From Ruminococcus sp. (lineage in GTDB: Bacteria; Bacillota; Clostridia; Oscillospirales; Acutalibacteraceae): a stretch of 64,000 nt of DNA. Location: the NCBI GenBank assembly GCA_045635685.1, contig JAZTWD010000051.1, forward strand, positions 83,222-147,221, in the 5' to 3' direction. The notes below the pieces were generated by a model, which saw nothing but the letters and a program-made list of their open reading frames with translations, made no database searches and was not told the DNA's origin. The number at the start of each line of letters is the position of its first letter. Position 1 is the stretch's first letter. The translations under genes and the position numbers were made by a program. Below, in pieces: positions 1-9,384 of this stretch.

Positions 1-1
1 T

Positions 2-1267
2 ACTGCCGCCGAAAATAGCGGAGATGACATCTTAAACGCTGTACGTCTTATGACTGTTCATTCCAGTAAAGGTCTTGAATTTCCTGTGTGTATTCTGGCA
101 GGCACTCACAAAAAGTTTTCCACAGATACTACTGACAACGTACTTCTTCATTCTCATCTCGGATTTGCCGCAAAACGCCGCGACAAGGAAACAGGTGCAA
201 GTTTTAATACCTTTGTCCGCAAGGCTCTTTCTATGGAGAAAAAGCAAAGTGAAATGTCTGAGGAGCTTCGTGTGCTTTATGTTGCTCTTACAAGAGCCAA
301 GGAAAAGCTTATTATGACAGCCGTTAAAAAGAATACCTCCAAGTATCTTTCCACCCTGGCAGGCAAGCTTGTAAGCGGAGATTTTATTTCACCTTATATT
401 GTTTCTGGTGCAAAGGCAATTTGCGACTGGCTTTTTATGACTGCTTTGCTTCACAAAGACTCAACTTTGCTCAGGGGTATTGCAAAAGCCGAGGATATGG
501 AGTATTCTTTAAATGGCTCAATGCTTTCTGTCAAAGTTGTTGATGATATTGATTTTGAAAAAACCGAGGGCGAGGTTACCCGAATAACCACCTATGATGC
601 TGACGCAGAGGGAATAGATGAGGTTATAAACAAACGCTTTAACTTTATTTATCCTTACAAGGAGCTATGTTCATTGCCCTTAAAGGTTACAGCATCAGAG
701 CTTACTCATATGGACAGCGGAAAAAACTTCGAAAAAATCCTTCCCAAACCTAAATTCTTGGCAGATTCAAAGCTTACCGCCGCCGAGAAGGGTACTGCAA
801 TGCATAAGTTTCTGCAGTTTGCAAGCTTTGACCTTGCAAAGGCTGATTTAGAGTTAGAGGTACAGCGTCTTACCGATATCCGTTTAAGCCCTCAGGAGGC
901 TCAGTCTCTTGATTTGGCAAAGCTCAGAAGGTTTATCCAAAGCGAAATTGTTACAGATGCAATGGAAAACCAAACTTATCGCGAGTATCGCTTTACCGTA
1001 AATATTCCTGCAAACCTTACAGGTCTTACAGAGGACTCTGAGACCTCGGTAATATTACAGGGTGCGGTTGATTTGCTGATTATCAAGGATAACCAAATCA
1101 CTATTGTTGATTATAAAACCGACAGGGTATCCTCTGCCGATATGTTGGTGGAAAGATACCAGAAACAGCTTTCTCTTTACAAAGAGGCAGTCAGCGCCTG
1201 CTTTGAATTACCCGTCAGCAGGTGCCTTATATATTCAATTCATTTAGGCGAATACAAGGAGGTCTGA
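2..1267 (+). CDS. addA: Helicase-nuclease AddA, C-terminal part (5' truncated by window edge)
   Basis: Frame is open from base 2. UvrD-type motifs VRLMTVHSSKGLEFP and EELRVLYVALTRAKEKL, then C-terminal nuclease motifs KGTAMHKFLQ and QGAVDLL...IVDYKTD. Confidence 0.9.
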   Translation, partial: TAAENSGDDILNAVRLMTVHSSKGLEFPVCILAGTHKKFSTDTTDNVLLHSHLGFAAKRRDKETGASFNTFVRKALSMEKKQSEMSEELRVLYVALTRAKEKLIMTAVKKNTSKYLSTLAGKLVSGDFISPYIVSGAKAICDWLFMTALLHKDSTLLRGIAKAEDMEYSLNGSMLSVKVVDDIDFEKTEGEVTRITTYDADAEGIDEVINKRFNFIYPYKELCSLPLKVTASELTHMDSGKNFEKILPKPKFLADSKLTAAEKGTAMHKFLQFASFDLAKADLELEVQRLTDIRLSPQEAQSLDLAKLRRFIQSEIVTDAMENQTYREYRFTVNIPANLTGLTEDSETSVILQGAVDLLIIKDNQITIVDYKTDRVSSADMLVERYQKQLSLYKEAVSACFELPVSRCLIYSIHLGEYKEV

Positions 1268-1269
1268 AA

Positions 1270-2994
1270 ATGAAAAAGTTAGTAGCACTTTTCCTTACCC
1301 TGGCAACTCTTCTATGTATGTTTTCTGTAGGAACCTTTGCGTTAACTGAGAATAACCTTATTCTGGGTGATTCAAACCTTGACTCAAAAGTGAATATCAA
1401 GGACGCAACTTCTGTTCAGAAGTATGTGGCAAAGCTCCTTGAGTTTTCTGAGGATAACAAAATCTGTGCGGATTGCAACATTGACGAAAAAATCAATATC
1501 AAGGATGCAACCGCTATTCAGAAGTTCCTTGCGAAAATGGATTATCCTTTAGGTATCGGCGAAGAAATAGGTGTAGCAGATCACGACACAACACCTGTGA
1601 CAACTACAGTTCAAACCGAAACTACTTCTACTGTTATGGTAACTACAACATCCACTGATTACGTTACGGAACCTACCGAAACAACAGTAGAAACAACCAT
1701 TGAGGTAACAACTGCCGCAACAGATGCTACGGAACCTACTGAGGCGGTATCTTCAGTAATTAACACTACTATTGCTACAGAATCAGAAGCTACTACTGTT
1801 GCAACAGAACCCACAGAAGCCACCACTCAAACCATCACAGAAAGTGAGCCTTCTACCGTGACGCCTTATAATCCTGTAAAGCCTAACACAAACATCACAA
1901 TTTATTTTTCAAATAACGCAGGCTGGTCAACTGTAAATGCATATTTCTACAACGAAGAATTGGGGCTTGAAATGAAAACCTGGCCCGGTACCGCTATGAA
2001 GCATTTTACCACCAATGAATACGGCGAAAAGATTTATTCGATTGATGTTGATGTTTCAAAATATAACCGTGTAGTTTTCAACAACGGCAAAAGCCAGACT
2101 CTTAATGCCGCAGTAACTGTTGCAAGCTCAGGCTTCTTTATTACAAGCCAGACTCCAAAAACTGCAATGCAGCTTGGTGTTTACGCTTATGATGTGACTG
2201 ACTATGGTGCAAAAAAGACAGTAAGTTTTGATTATCCTACCGGCTATAAAAAGCCCGTTGAAATCTGGACCCCTGCAGGCTATAATCCTGCCGATACTAC
2301 CAAGAAATATTCTGTAATCTACCTTCTTGACGGTCAGAACCAGTTTGACGATTCCGATGCTTATAACGGAGGATGGGGAAGTGACGAGGTAATCACAGCC
2401 TTAATGAAAAACGGCGGCGAGGGTATTATCTTAGTTGGTATTGATAACTCCCGAAACCGCGACAACGAGCTTACTCCCGACCTTGGCGATGTTATCCCTG
2501 CATATAACAGCGGTGGATTTAAAAACGGAAGCGGTGAGCAGTTTGCTGAGTTTGTAGCAAAAACTGTAGTACCCTATGTAGAGGCAAACTACAACGTATA
2601 TACCGATGCCGCTCATTCTGCAATTGTTGGCAGTTCTTCAGGCGGTATAGAGGCTTTCTACATTGGTATGGAGTATATGGATGAATTTGGCAGGATTGGT
2701 GCAATTTCACCTGCTTTTCTCCTTTACAGCAAATCCACTTGGTATGAGTATTTAGAAAAATTTGACTTCACAGATTCTTCAAAGCTTCCCAGAATTTATT
2801 TCTACAACGGCGGCGGAGATTCTCTGGAGCTTGAGCTTTTACCAAATGCAAGAGATATGAAAACTTGGCTTGCCGATTTAGGCTATGACCAGAGCAAAAT
2901 GACTTTTGTCTATGACGAAAAGAACGCTCATAACGAAGCCGCTTGGCGAAATGTTATGCCCGAAATCGTAACATGGCTATTTGAGTTACAGTAA
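1270..2994 (+). CDS. Secreted modular protein: signal peptide, dockerin, Thr-rich linker, CBM26-like module, alpha/beta-hydrolase esterase
   Basis: ATG at 1270 after RBS AAGGAGGT. MKKLVALFLTLATLLCMFSVGTFA signal peptide. Duplicated dockerin GDSNLDSKVNIKDATSVQK / ADCNIDEKINIKDATAIQK. T/E/P-rich linker. Module IYFSNNAGWSTVNAYFY...WPG...VVFNNG resembles starch-binding CBM26. Esterase motifs YLLDGQNQF, GSSSGG nucleophile, HNEAAW. Confidence 0.8.
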   Translation: MKKLVALFLTLATLLCMFSVGTFALTENNLILGDSNLDSKVNIKDATSVQKYVAKLLEFSEDNKICADCNIDEKINIKDATAIQKFLAKMDYPLGIGEEIGVADHDTTPVTTTVQTETTSTVMVTTTSTDYVTEPTETTVETTIEVTTAATDATEPTEAVSSVINTTIATESEATTVATEPTEATTQTITESEPSTVTPYNPVKPNTNITIYFSNNAGWSTVNAYFYNEELGLEMKTWPGTAMKHFTTNEYGEKIYSIDVDVSKYNRVVFNNGKSQTLNAAVTVASSGFFITSQTPKTAMQLGVYAYDVTDYGAKKTVSFDYPTGYKKPVEIWTPAGYNPADTTKKYSVIYLLDGQNQFDDSDAYNGGWGSDEVITALMKNGGEGIILVGIDNSRNRDNELTPDLGDVIPAYNSGGFKNGSGEQFAEFVAKTVVPYVEANYNVYTDAAHSAIVGSSSGGIEAFYIGMEYMDEFGRIGAISPAFLLYSKSTWYEYLEKFDFTDSSKLPRIYFYNGGGDSLELELLPNARDMKTWLADLGYDQSKMTFVYDEKNAHNEAAWRNVMPEIVTWLFELQ

Positions 2995-3000
2995 ACTTAT

Positions 3001-3037
3001 AAGCAGGAGATGCTTTTTGTGCATCTCCTGCTTTTTT
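3001..3037 (+). terminator. Rho-independent terminator
   Basis: 13-bp inverted repeat AAGCAGGAGATGC/GCATCTCCTGCTT followed by T-run. Confidence 0.85.
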
Positions 3038-3051
3038 CTTTCTCCATATTA

Positions 3052-3079
3052 TTGCAATTTTCTAAGCTTGTGGTATAAT
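3052..3079 (+). promoter_or_regulatory. Putative sigma-A promoter for nusB operon
   Basis: TTGCAA-16 bp-TATAAT with extended -10 TG. Confidence 0.6.
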
Positions 3080-3116
3080 TATTTTGGATTTTAATACACA
3101 TTTTGAGAGGTAAATT

Positions 3117-3599
3117 ATGAGTGATAAGATTTTAGATGTAAACACAACTCCCGAAGAGAATGAGGCAGAGGTAAAAGAAGACCTCAACGCCCACAACAAA
3201 ATTTCAAGATATAAGAAAAGAGAGCAAACATTTTTAATTGTTTTCGAAAGCCTTTTTTCTGATACAAGCGTTGATGAAATTGCCGACAATTTCACCGACA
3301 GCACAGCTCAGTTTTACTCCGACGAGGCAATTAAAACTGCAGGCATAATTCAGGAAATGGCTGTGGACCTTGATGAAAAGATTTCTTCATACCTTACAAA
3401 GGGCTGGAGAATTAACCGTATTTCAAAAATTTCTCTTGCTGTTCTTCGTGTGGCTGTTTACGAAATTATTTATTGCGAAGAAATTCCTGTTTCTGTTTCA
3501 ATTAACGAGGCTGTTGAGCTTACTAAGAAGTACTCTGTTGCAGAGGACGCTTCCTTTGTTAACGGTCTCTTAGGCTCACTTGTTAAAGGTAGTAACTAA
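3117..3599 (+). CDS. nusB: Transcription antitermination factor NusB
   Basis: LAVLRVAVYEI...PVSVSINEAVELTKKY...FVNGLLG motifs. Confidence 0.93.
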   Translation: MSDKILDVNTTPEENEAEVKEDLNAHNKISRYKKREQTFLIVFESLFSDTSVDEIADNFTDSTAQFYSDEAIKTAGIIQEMAVDLDEKISSYLTKGWRINRISKISLAVLRVAVYEIIYCEEIPVSVSINEAVELTKKYSVAEDASFVNGLLGSLVKGSN

Positions 3600-4537
3600 T
3601 GGCTCTCGTCTTAGGAATAGATACCAGTAACTATACCACTTCAGCCGCAATTTTCGATACGGAAAGCAATACCGTAGAGCAAGCCAAAAAGCTTTTGCCT
3701 GTTAAGTCGGGTGACTGCGGAATAAGGCAGAGCGATGCAGTTTTTCATCATACCAAACAGCTTTCAGATGTTATTTCCTCTTTAAACTTTGAGGGAAGAA
3801 AAATTGATGCTGTTGCGGTTTCTTCCACTCCCAGAGAGTGCGAAGGCTCATATATGCCTTGCTTTCTTGCAGGTGTTTCTGTAGCTAAATCAATCTCAGC
3901 GGTTAATAATATACCCCTCTATACTTTTTCTCATCAGCAGGGGCACATAGCCGCGGCGGCGTTTGGCAGTGAGCATACTGAGCTTTTAAATTCTCCTTTT
4001 ATTGCTTTTCACGTAAGCGGCGGCACCACTGAAGCCTTGCTTGTTAAGCCTTGGGAAGGCTCTTTTATAAAAGCTGAGCTTATTGCCGAAACTACTGACC
4101 TTAATGCAGGTCAGCTTGTGGACAGAATCGGAGTTATGTTAGGTCTTGACTTTCCTTGCGGAATAGAGCTCGAAGGCCTTGCAAATACTTATAGCGGAAG
4201 TATTAAGCTTAAGCCAAGCTTAAAGGGCAGTAACTGCTGTTTAAGCGGTTTTCAAAATAAAATTACCAAGCTTTATGAAGAGACTAATGACAAAGCTTAC
4301 GTATCAGCCTACACCCTAAAAGCAATAAGCGAAACTCTTATTTCTATGGCAAATTCTCTTATTGCACAGTATGGTAACCTGCCTTTGCTTTTTGCAGGGG
4401 GAGTTATGTCCAACAAGATTATAAGAAGTGATGTTTTAAAGCACTTTAACGCTTTCTTTGCACCCCCACAGTTTTCTGCCGATAACGCCGTAGGTGTTGC
4501 CTACTTAGGTGCAAAAAAATTCTTATCCGAAAGCTAA
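3599..4537 (+). CDS. TsaD/Kae1-like (glycoprotease M22 family) paralog
   Basis: LGIDTSNYTTS, HQQGH metal site, VSGGTT, GGVMSN, DNAVGVA. Overlaps nusB stop. Confidence 0.8.
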   Translation: MALVLGIDTSNYTTSAAIFDTESNTVEQAKKLLPVKSGDCGIRQSDAVFHHTKQLSDVISSLNFEGRKIDAVAVSSTPRECEGSYMPCFLAGVSVAKSISAVNNIPLYTFSHQQGHIAAAAFGSEHTELLNSPFIAFHVSGGTTEALLVKPWEGSFIKAELIAETTDLNAGQLVDRIGVMLGLDFPCGIELEGLANTYSGSIKLKPSLKGSNCCLSGFQNKITKLYEETNDKAYVSAYTLKAISETLISMANSLIAQYGNLPLLFAGGVMSNKIIRSDVLKHFNAFFAPPQFSADNAVGVAYLGAKKFLSES

Positions 4538-4544
4538 GATTTAT

Positions 4545-5753
4545 ATGAATACTAATTTTACCACCCCTAAGATTATTTCGGTTTCAGCGCTGACCACTTA
4601 TCTTAAGGGGCTTCTTGAATCTGACCCTAATCTTCAATATGTATTTGTCAGCGGAGAAATTTCAAACCTTACCGACCATTATTCAAGCGGACATATTTAC
4701 CTTTCTTTAAAGGATAGCAAAGCCGTAATCAAGGCGGTAATGTTTTCCTTCAATGCTTCACGTCTTCGCTTCAAGCCTCAGAGCGGTATGAAGGTTATTG
4801 CAAGAGGCAGAGTGTCAATATATGAGCCCAGTGGTCAGTATCAGCTGTATATCGAGGATATGCAGCCCGATGGCATAGGTGCACTTACTTTAGCCTTCGA
4901 ACAACTAAAAGAAAAGCTCACCAAAGAGGGTTTGTTCGATAATTCCCACAAAAAGTCGTTGCCACAGTTTCCTAAAAAGGTTACTGTTATAACCTCGCCT
5001 ACAGGTGCAGCTTTGCAGGATATCCGCAATATCCTCAGCCGTCGCTGGCCTTATGCCGAGGTTGAGCTTTTGCCTGTTCTTGTTCAGGGCGACGGTGCGG
5101 CTTCTCAGCTTACAAACGCTATAAAAACCGTGTCTGATAAAAACAATGCCGATGTAGTAATTATCGGCCGCGGCGGCGGTTCTATGGAGGATTTATGGGC
5201 ATTTAACAGTGAGGAGTTAGCTCGGGCAATTTTCGCTTGCCCTGTACCTGTGGTAAGTGCCGTTGGCCACGAAACCGACTTTACAATCTGCGATTTTGTT
5301 TCAGATATGCGCGCTCCCACACCTTCAGCCGCCGCAGAGCTTATTGTGCCTGACAGAGCCGAGCAGGCTGAAATGCTTTTGCAACAACGACAGTATCTTT
5401 TCGCTCTTATTGACGGCTTTACATCAAAGCATAAATCTCAAATTGATATTTTTACTCATAAGCTCGAAGTCTTAGACCCTGCTCGTGAATACCTTGAAAA
5501 ATGCAATGTTCTGGACAGACTTTCAGAAAAATTAAAAGCAAAAGGTGAATCTTTGGTAGGGGATAAGGAAAAAGAGCTTTCTGAGCTTAAAGGCAGTCTT
5601 TTTGCCTTGGACCCTGTAAGCATATTACGCAGAGGCTACTCTGTGGTTTTAAAAGATGATGTTACAGTAAATTCTGTTAAAGAATTAAAGCGAGGCGATA
5701 AGGTTTCGCTTCACTTTAAAGACGGAGAAGTTAACGCAGAGATTACTCAGTAA
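4545..5753 (+). CDS. xseA: Exodeoxyribonuclease VII large subunit
   Basis: GEISN, SGHIYLSLKD, IGRGGGSMEDLWAFN, SAVGHETD, RAPTPSAAAE. Likely start is ATG 4545. Confidence 0.95.
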   Translation: MNTNFTTPKIISVSALTTYLKGLLESDPNLQYVFVSGEISNLTDHYSSGHIYLSLKDSKAVIKAVMFSFNASRLRFKPQSGMKVIARGRVSIYEPSGQYQLYIEDMQPDGIGALTLAFEQLKEKLTKEGLFDNSHKKSLPQFPKKVTVITSPTGAALQDIRNILSRRWPYAEVELLPVLVQGDGAASQLTNAIKTVSDKNNADVVIIGRGGGSMEDLWAFNSEELARAIFACPVPVVSAVGHETDFTICDFVSDMRAPTPSAAAELIVPDRAEQAEMLLQQRQYLFALIDGFTSKHKSQIDIFTHKLEVLDPAREYLEKCNVLDRLSEKLKAKGESLVGDKEKELSELKGSLFALDPVSILRRGYSVVLKDDVTVNSVKELKRGDKVSLHFKDGEVNAEITQ

Positions 5754-5770
5754 ATAAAGAGGTAACAAAT

Positions 5771-8700
5771 ATGTCCTTTGTTCATTTACATGTTCATACA
5801 GAATACAGCTTGCTTGACGGTGCCTGCCGTATAAGCGAGCTTGTTTCTGCTTGTAAAGAACAAGGTCAGACTTCCCTTGCCATTACCGACCACGGTGTTA
5901 TGTATGGCGTTATTGATTTCTGGCGTGAGTGCAAAAAACAGGGCTTAAAGCCCATTATCGGATGCGAGGTTTACGTTGCACCTCGCTCACGCTTTGATAA
6001 AACCCCTGAGTTCGACCGGGATTACTACCATATGGTGCTCCTCTGTAAAAACCATATAGGCTACCAGAACCTTATAAAGCTTGTATCTTTAGGCTTTACC
6101 GACGGCTTTTATGTTAAACCCAGAATTGACGATGAGCTTCTGGAGAAATACCACGAAGGGCTTATTTGCCTTTCTGCCTGTCTTGCAGGCGAAATTCCAC
6201 GTAAGCTTTCTAATTTAGACTATAAAGGTGCCTTTAATAAAGCTCTTTACTACAAAAATCTTTTCGGCGAAGGCAACTTTTACATTGAGCTTCAGAACCA
6301 CGGCATTAAGGCTCAGCAGGATATTATTCCCGACTTGATTAAAATAGGCAGGGAAGCAGACGTTCCTATTGTGTTTACCAACGACTGCCATTACGTTAAG
6401 AAAGAGGATGCCAGAACCCACTCAATCCTTTTGTGTATTCAGACAAACCATACTATAAATGACGAAGATAAAATGGAATTTGAAACCGAGGAGTTTTATT
6501 TAAAGTCCGAAAGTGAAATGCGTGCTCTTTTAAAGGACTACCCCGAAGCATTCGATAATACTGCAATTATCGCCGAGCAGTGTAACCTTGATTTTGAATT
6601 CGGCAAACGCAAGTTGCCTTTCTTCGATGTTCCTGATAATGAGAATCATTACGAATATTTCAAGCGACGTTGTTATGACGGACTCTACAAAAAATATGGA
6701 AATAATCCTTCTCAGGATATTATCGACCGACTGGAATACGAGCTTTCAACCATAAGCCGTATGGGATTTGTGGATTATTACCTTATTGTTCATGATTTTA
6801 TTGACTATGCAAAATCTCAGGGTATTCCTGTAGGCCCCGGCAGAGGCTCAGGTGCAGGTTCTCTTTGTGCCTACTGCATCGGCATTACAGGTATCGACCC
6901 TATAAAATACAGTCTTCTTTTTGAGCGATTTCTTAATCCCGAGCGTGTCAGTATGCCCGATTTTGATATCGACTTCTGTAAGGACAGACGCGGTGAGGTT
7001 ATCGACTACGTTGTCCGTAAATACGGCTATGATCACGTAGCTCAGATTATAGCTTTCGGTACCATGGCGGCAAGAGGCGCCGTCAGAGATGTAGGCAGGG
7101 CGTTGGCTATTCCTTATAACACCTGCGATACGGTTGCAAAGCTCATTCCTTTTGAGCTTAATATGACCATAAAGAAAGCTCTTGAAATAAGTAAAGAGCT
7201 TAAAACCCGATATAATACAGACCCCCAGATTAAAGAGCTTCTGGATACCTCAATGGCTATTGAGGGTATGCCTCGGCACGCCACAACTCACGCTGCAGGT
7301 GTAATTATATCTGATCGTGCGGTTTCGGATTATGTGCCCTTGGCGATGAACGATTCTCAGGTGGTAACCCAGTTTACTATGACCACTTTAGAGGAACTGG
7401 GACTACTTAAAATGGATTTTCTGGGTCTTCGCAACTTAACTGTAATTAACGATGCGGTTAAGCTGATTAAAGAAAAAAATCCTGATTTTGATTTGGATAG
7501 CATCAGCCTTTCCGATAAATCAGTTTTCAGTATGCTTTCCTTAGGAAATACAGAGGGTGTTTTTCAGTTTGAGTCACAGGGTATGAAAAATGTTCTTACT
7601 CAGCTCAAGCCTGATTCTTTTGAAGACCTTATAGCGGTTATTTCTCTTTACCGTCCCGGTCCTATGGACAGTATCCCCACATATATCGACAACCGCCATA
7701 ATCCCCATAAAGTTAAGTACCTGCATCCTATGCTTGAGGATATTCTTGACGTTACCTACGGTTGTATTGTTTATCAGGAGCAGGTAATGCAGATTTTCCG
7801 TAAGCTTGCAGGCTACTCTTTAGGCAGGGCGGATATTGTACGCCGTGCAATGAGCAAGAAAAAGCACGACGTAATGGAAAAAGAGCGTAAGATTTTCATA
7901 GAAGGCTTTGTGAACGAAAACGGCACTGTAGAGGTAGAAGGTTGCCTTAAAAGAGGCGTTAGCCGTGAAGTTGCCGAAGAAATCTACGAGCAGATGAAAA
8001 GCTTTGCTTCCTATGCCTTTAATAAATCCCACGCCGCATCCTACGCTTTTATTTCATACCAGACGGCTTGGCTTAAGTGTTATTATCCTAAAGAATATAT
8101 GGCGGCACTTCTTTCTTCAGTTCTTGATAATCAGAACAAGCTTTCTTCCTATATCACCGAGTGTCTGCGTTTGGGTATCGAGGTGTTACCGCCTCACGTT
8201 AATTTCAGTTCTCACGGATTTACCGTAATAAAAGGCAATATTCGCTACGGACTTATGGCGATTAAAAATTTAGGCAAAGCTTTTATTGATGAAATTATCC
8301 GAGAGCGTGACAAAAAAACTTTCAGTTCTCTTTACGATTTCTGCTCACGTCTTTATTCACGTGCGCTTAACTCAAGAGCCGTGGAAAGCCTGATTAAAAG
8401 CGGAGCCTTGGACGGCTTAGGTTTAAACCGTCGCCAGATGCTCAGCGTAATCAAGCCCATACTTGACGACCTTGATTTTGAAAAGCGCCGCAATATGGCA
8501 GGTCAGCTTTCGCTTTTTGGAGGTGACGACAGCGAAAAGTCACCCTCTCAGATTACTGCCCCCGATTTAGCAGAATTTCCTTTAATTGAGCTTCTTAAAA
8601 TGGAGCGTGATATGACAGGTTTCTTCCTTTCGGGTCATCCTATTTCCGAGTATGAATGGTACGCCAGACGTATAAACGCCACAAGAATAGGGGACATTAT

Positions 8701-9313
8701 AAGTCTTGATTCCACCGCCGATATTATAGACGGCGACAGGGTCCGCCTTGTATGCATCGTTTCCAGATACCGCACACAGATTACAAAGTCCAATCAGATG
8801 ATGGCTTTTGTAACGGCCGAAGACCGCTCAGGTATAATGGAGCTTGTAGTATTCCCAAAAACCCTTTCCGAATTTGGCTCTCTGCTTTATGAGGGTAGTG
8901 TAATCTGCGTAGAGGGAACCGTTAACCTAAAAGAGGACGAAGACGCGAAGGTTCTTATAAACAGGGTTTCTAAAATTCCGTCAAAGGATGAGGTAGGAAA
9001 TATCCCTGTTACACCTGTGCCTGTTTCTTCTAATCATCGCGAAAGCCCTGATTATAAGCCGAATGCCAAAACTGCTCAGAAGATAAGTGCTATTTACCTT
9101 AAACTTTCCAATATGGAGTGTAAAGAGTTTAAAAAAGCTAAAAATCTTCTGGAGATTTTCGACGGCACAACTCCTGTTATTCTCTATCTTACAGATTCTA
9201 AAAAACAGCTTATGGCTCCTAAAAATCTTTGGGTAGATGTAAACGACGTGCTTTTAAGAGAGCTTAAAAAGGTGCTTGGCGAAGACTCGGTAAAACTAAA
9301 GTTCACAGAATAA
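5771..9313 (+). CDS. dnaE: DNA polymerase III alpha subunit
   Basis: PHP motif HLHVHTEYSLLDG, GRGSGAGSL, SMPDFDIDF, YAFNKSH, C-terminal OB fold. 1180 aa with no intein-sized insert. Confidence 0.97.
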   Translation: MSFVHLHVHTEYSLLDGACRISELVSACKEQGQTSLAITDHGVMYGVIDFWRECKKQGLKPIIGCEVYVAPRSRFDKTPEFDRDYYHMVLLCKNHIGYQNLIKLVSLGFTDGFYVKPRIDDELLEKYHEGLICLSACLAGEIPRKLSNLDYKGAFNKALYYKNLFGEGNFYIELQNHGIKAQQDIIPDLIKIGREADVPIVFTNDCHYVKKEDARTHSILLCIQTNHTINDEDKMEFETEEFYLKSESEMRALLKDYPEAFDNTAIIAEQCNLDFEFGKRKLPFFDVPDNENHYEYFKRRCYDGLYKKYGNNPSQDIIDRLEYELSTISRMGFVDYYLIVHDFIDYAKSQGIPVGPGRGSGAGSLCAYCIGITGIDPIKYSLLFERFLNPERVSMPDFDIDFCKDRRGEVIDYVVRKYGYDHVAQIIAFGTMAARGAVRDVGRALAIPYNTCDTVAKLIPFELNMTIKKALEISKELKTRYNTDPQIKELLDTSMAIEGMPRHATTHAAGVIISDRAVSDYVPLAMNDSQVVTQFTMTTLEELGLLKMDFLGLRNLTVINDAVKLIKEKNPDFDLDSISLSDKSVFSMLSLGNTEGVFQFESQGMKNVLTQLKPDSFEDLIAVISLYRPGPMDSIPTYIDNRHNPHKVKYLHPMLEDILDVTYGCIVYQEQVMQIFRKLAGYSLGRADIVRRAMSKKKHDVMEKERKIFIEGFVNENGTVEVEGCLKRGVSREVAEEIYEQMKSFASYAFNKSHAASYAFISYQTAWLKCYYPKEYMAALLSSVLDNQNKLSSYITECLRLGIEVLPPHVNFSSHGFTVIKGNIRYGLMAIKNLGKAFIDEIIRERDKKTFSSLYDFCSRLYSRALNSRAVESLIKSGALDGLGLNRRQMLSVIKPILDDLDFEKRRNMAGQLSLFGGDDSEKSPSQITAPDLAEFPLIELLKMERDMTGFFLSGHPISEYEWYARRINATRIGDIISLDSTADIIDGDRVRLVCIVSRYRTQITKSNQMMAFVTAEDRSGIMELVVFPKTLSEFGSLLYEGSVICVEGTVNLKEDEDAKVLINRVSKIPSKDEVGNIPVTPVPVSSNHRESPDYKPNAKTAQKISAIYLKLSNMECKEFKKAKNLLEIFDGTTPVILYLTDSKKQLMAPKNLWVDVNDVLLRELKKVLGEDSVKLKFTE

Positions 9314-9323
9314 TAAAAACCCC

Positions 9324-9352
9324 TTGAATTTATGAGTAAAATGTATTATAAT
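9324..9352 (+). promoter_or_regulatory. Sigma-A promoter for pfkA
   Basis: TTGAAT-17 bp-TATAAT, then RBS GGAGG. Confidence 0.75.
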
Positions 9353-9384
9353 ATCTATGTATTACGCCTATTGGAGGTATTATT

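Noticed and set aside
5771-9313. Intein or intron in dnaE (also checked V-ATPase A)
   Set aside because: Lengths are normal and there are no splice-junction motifs.
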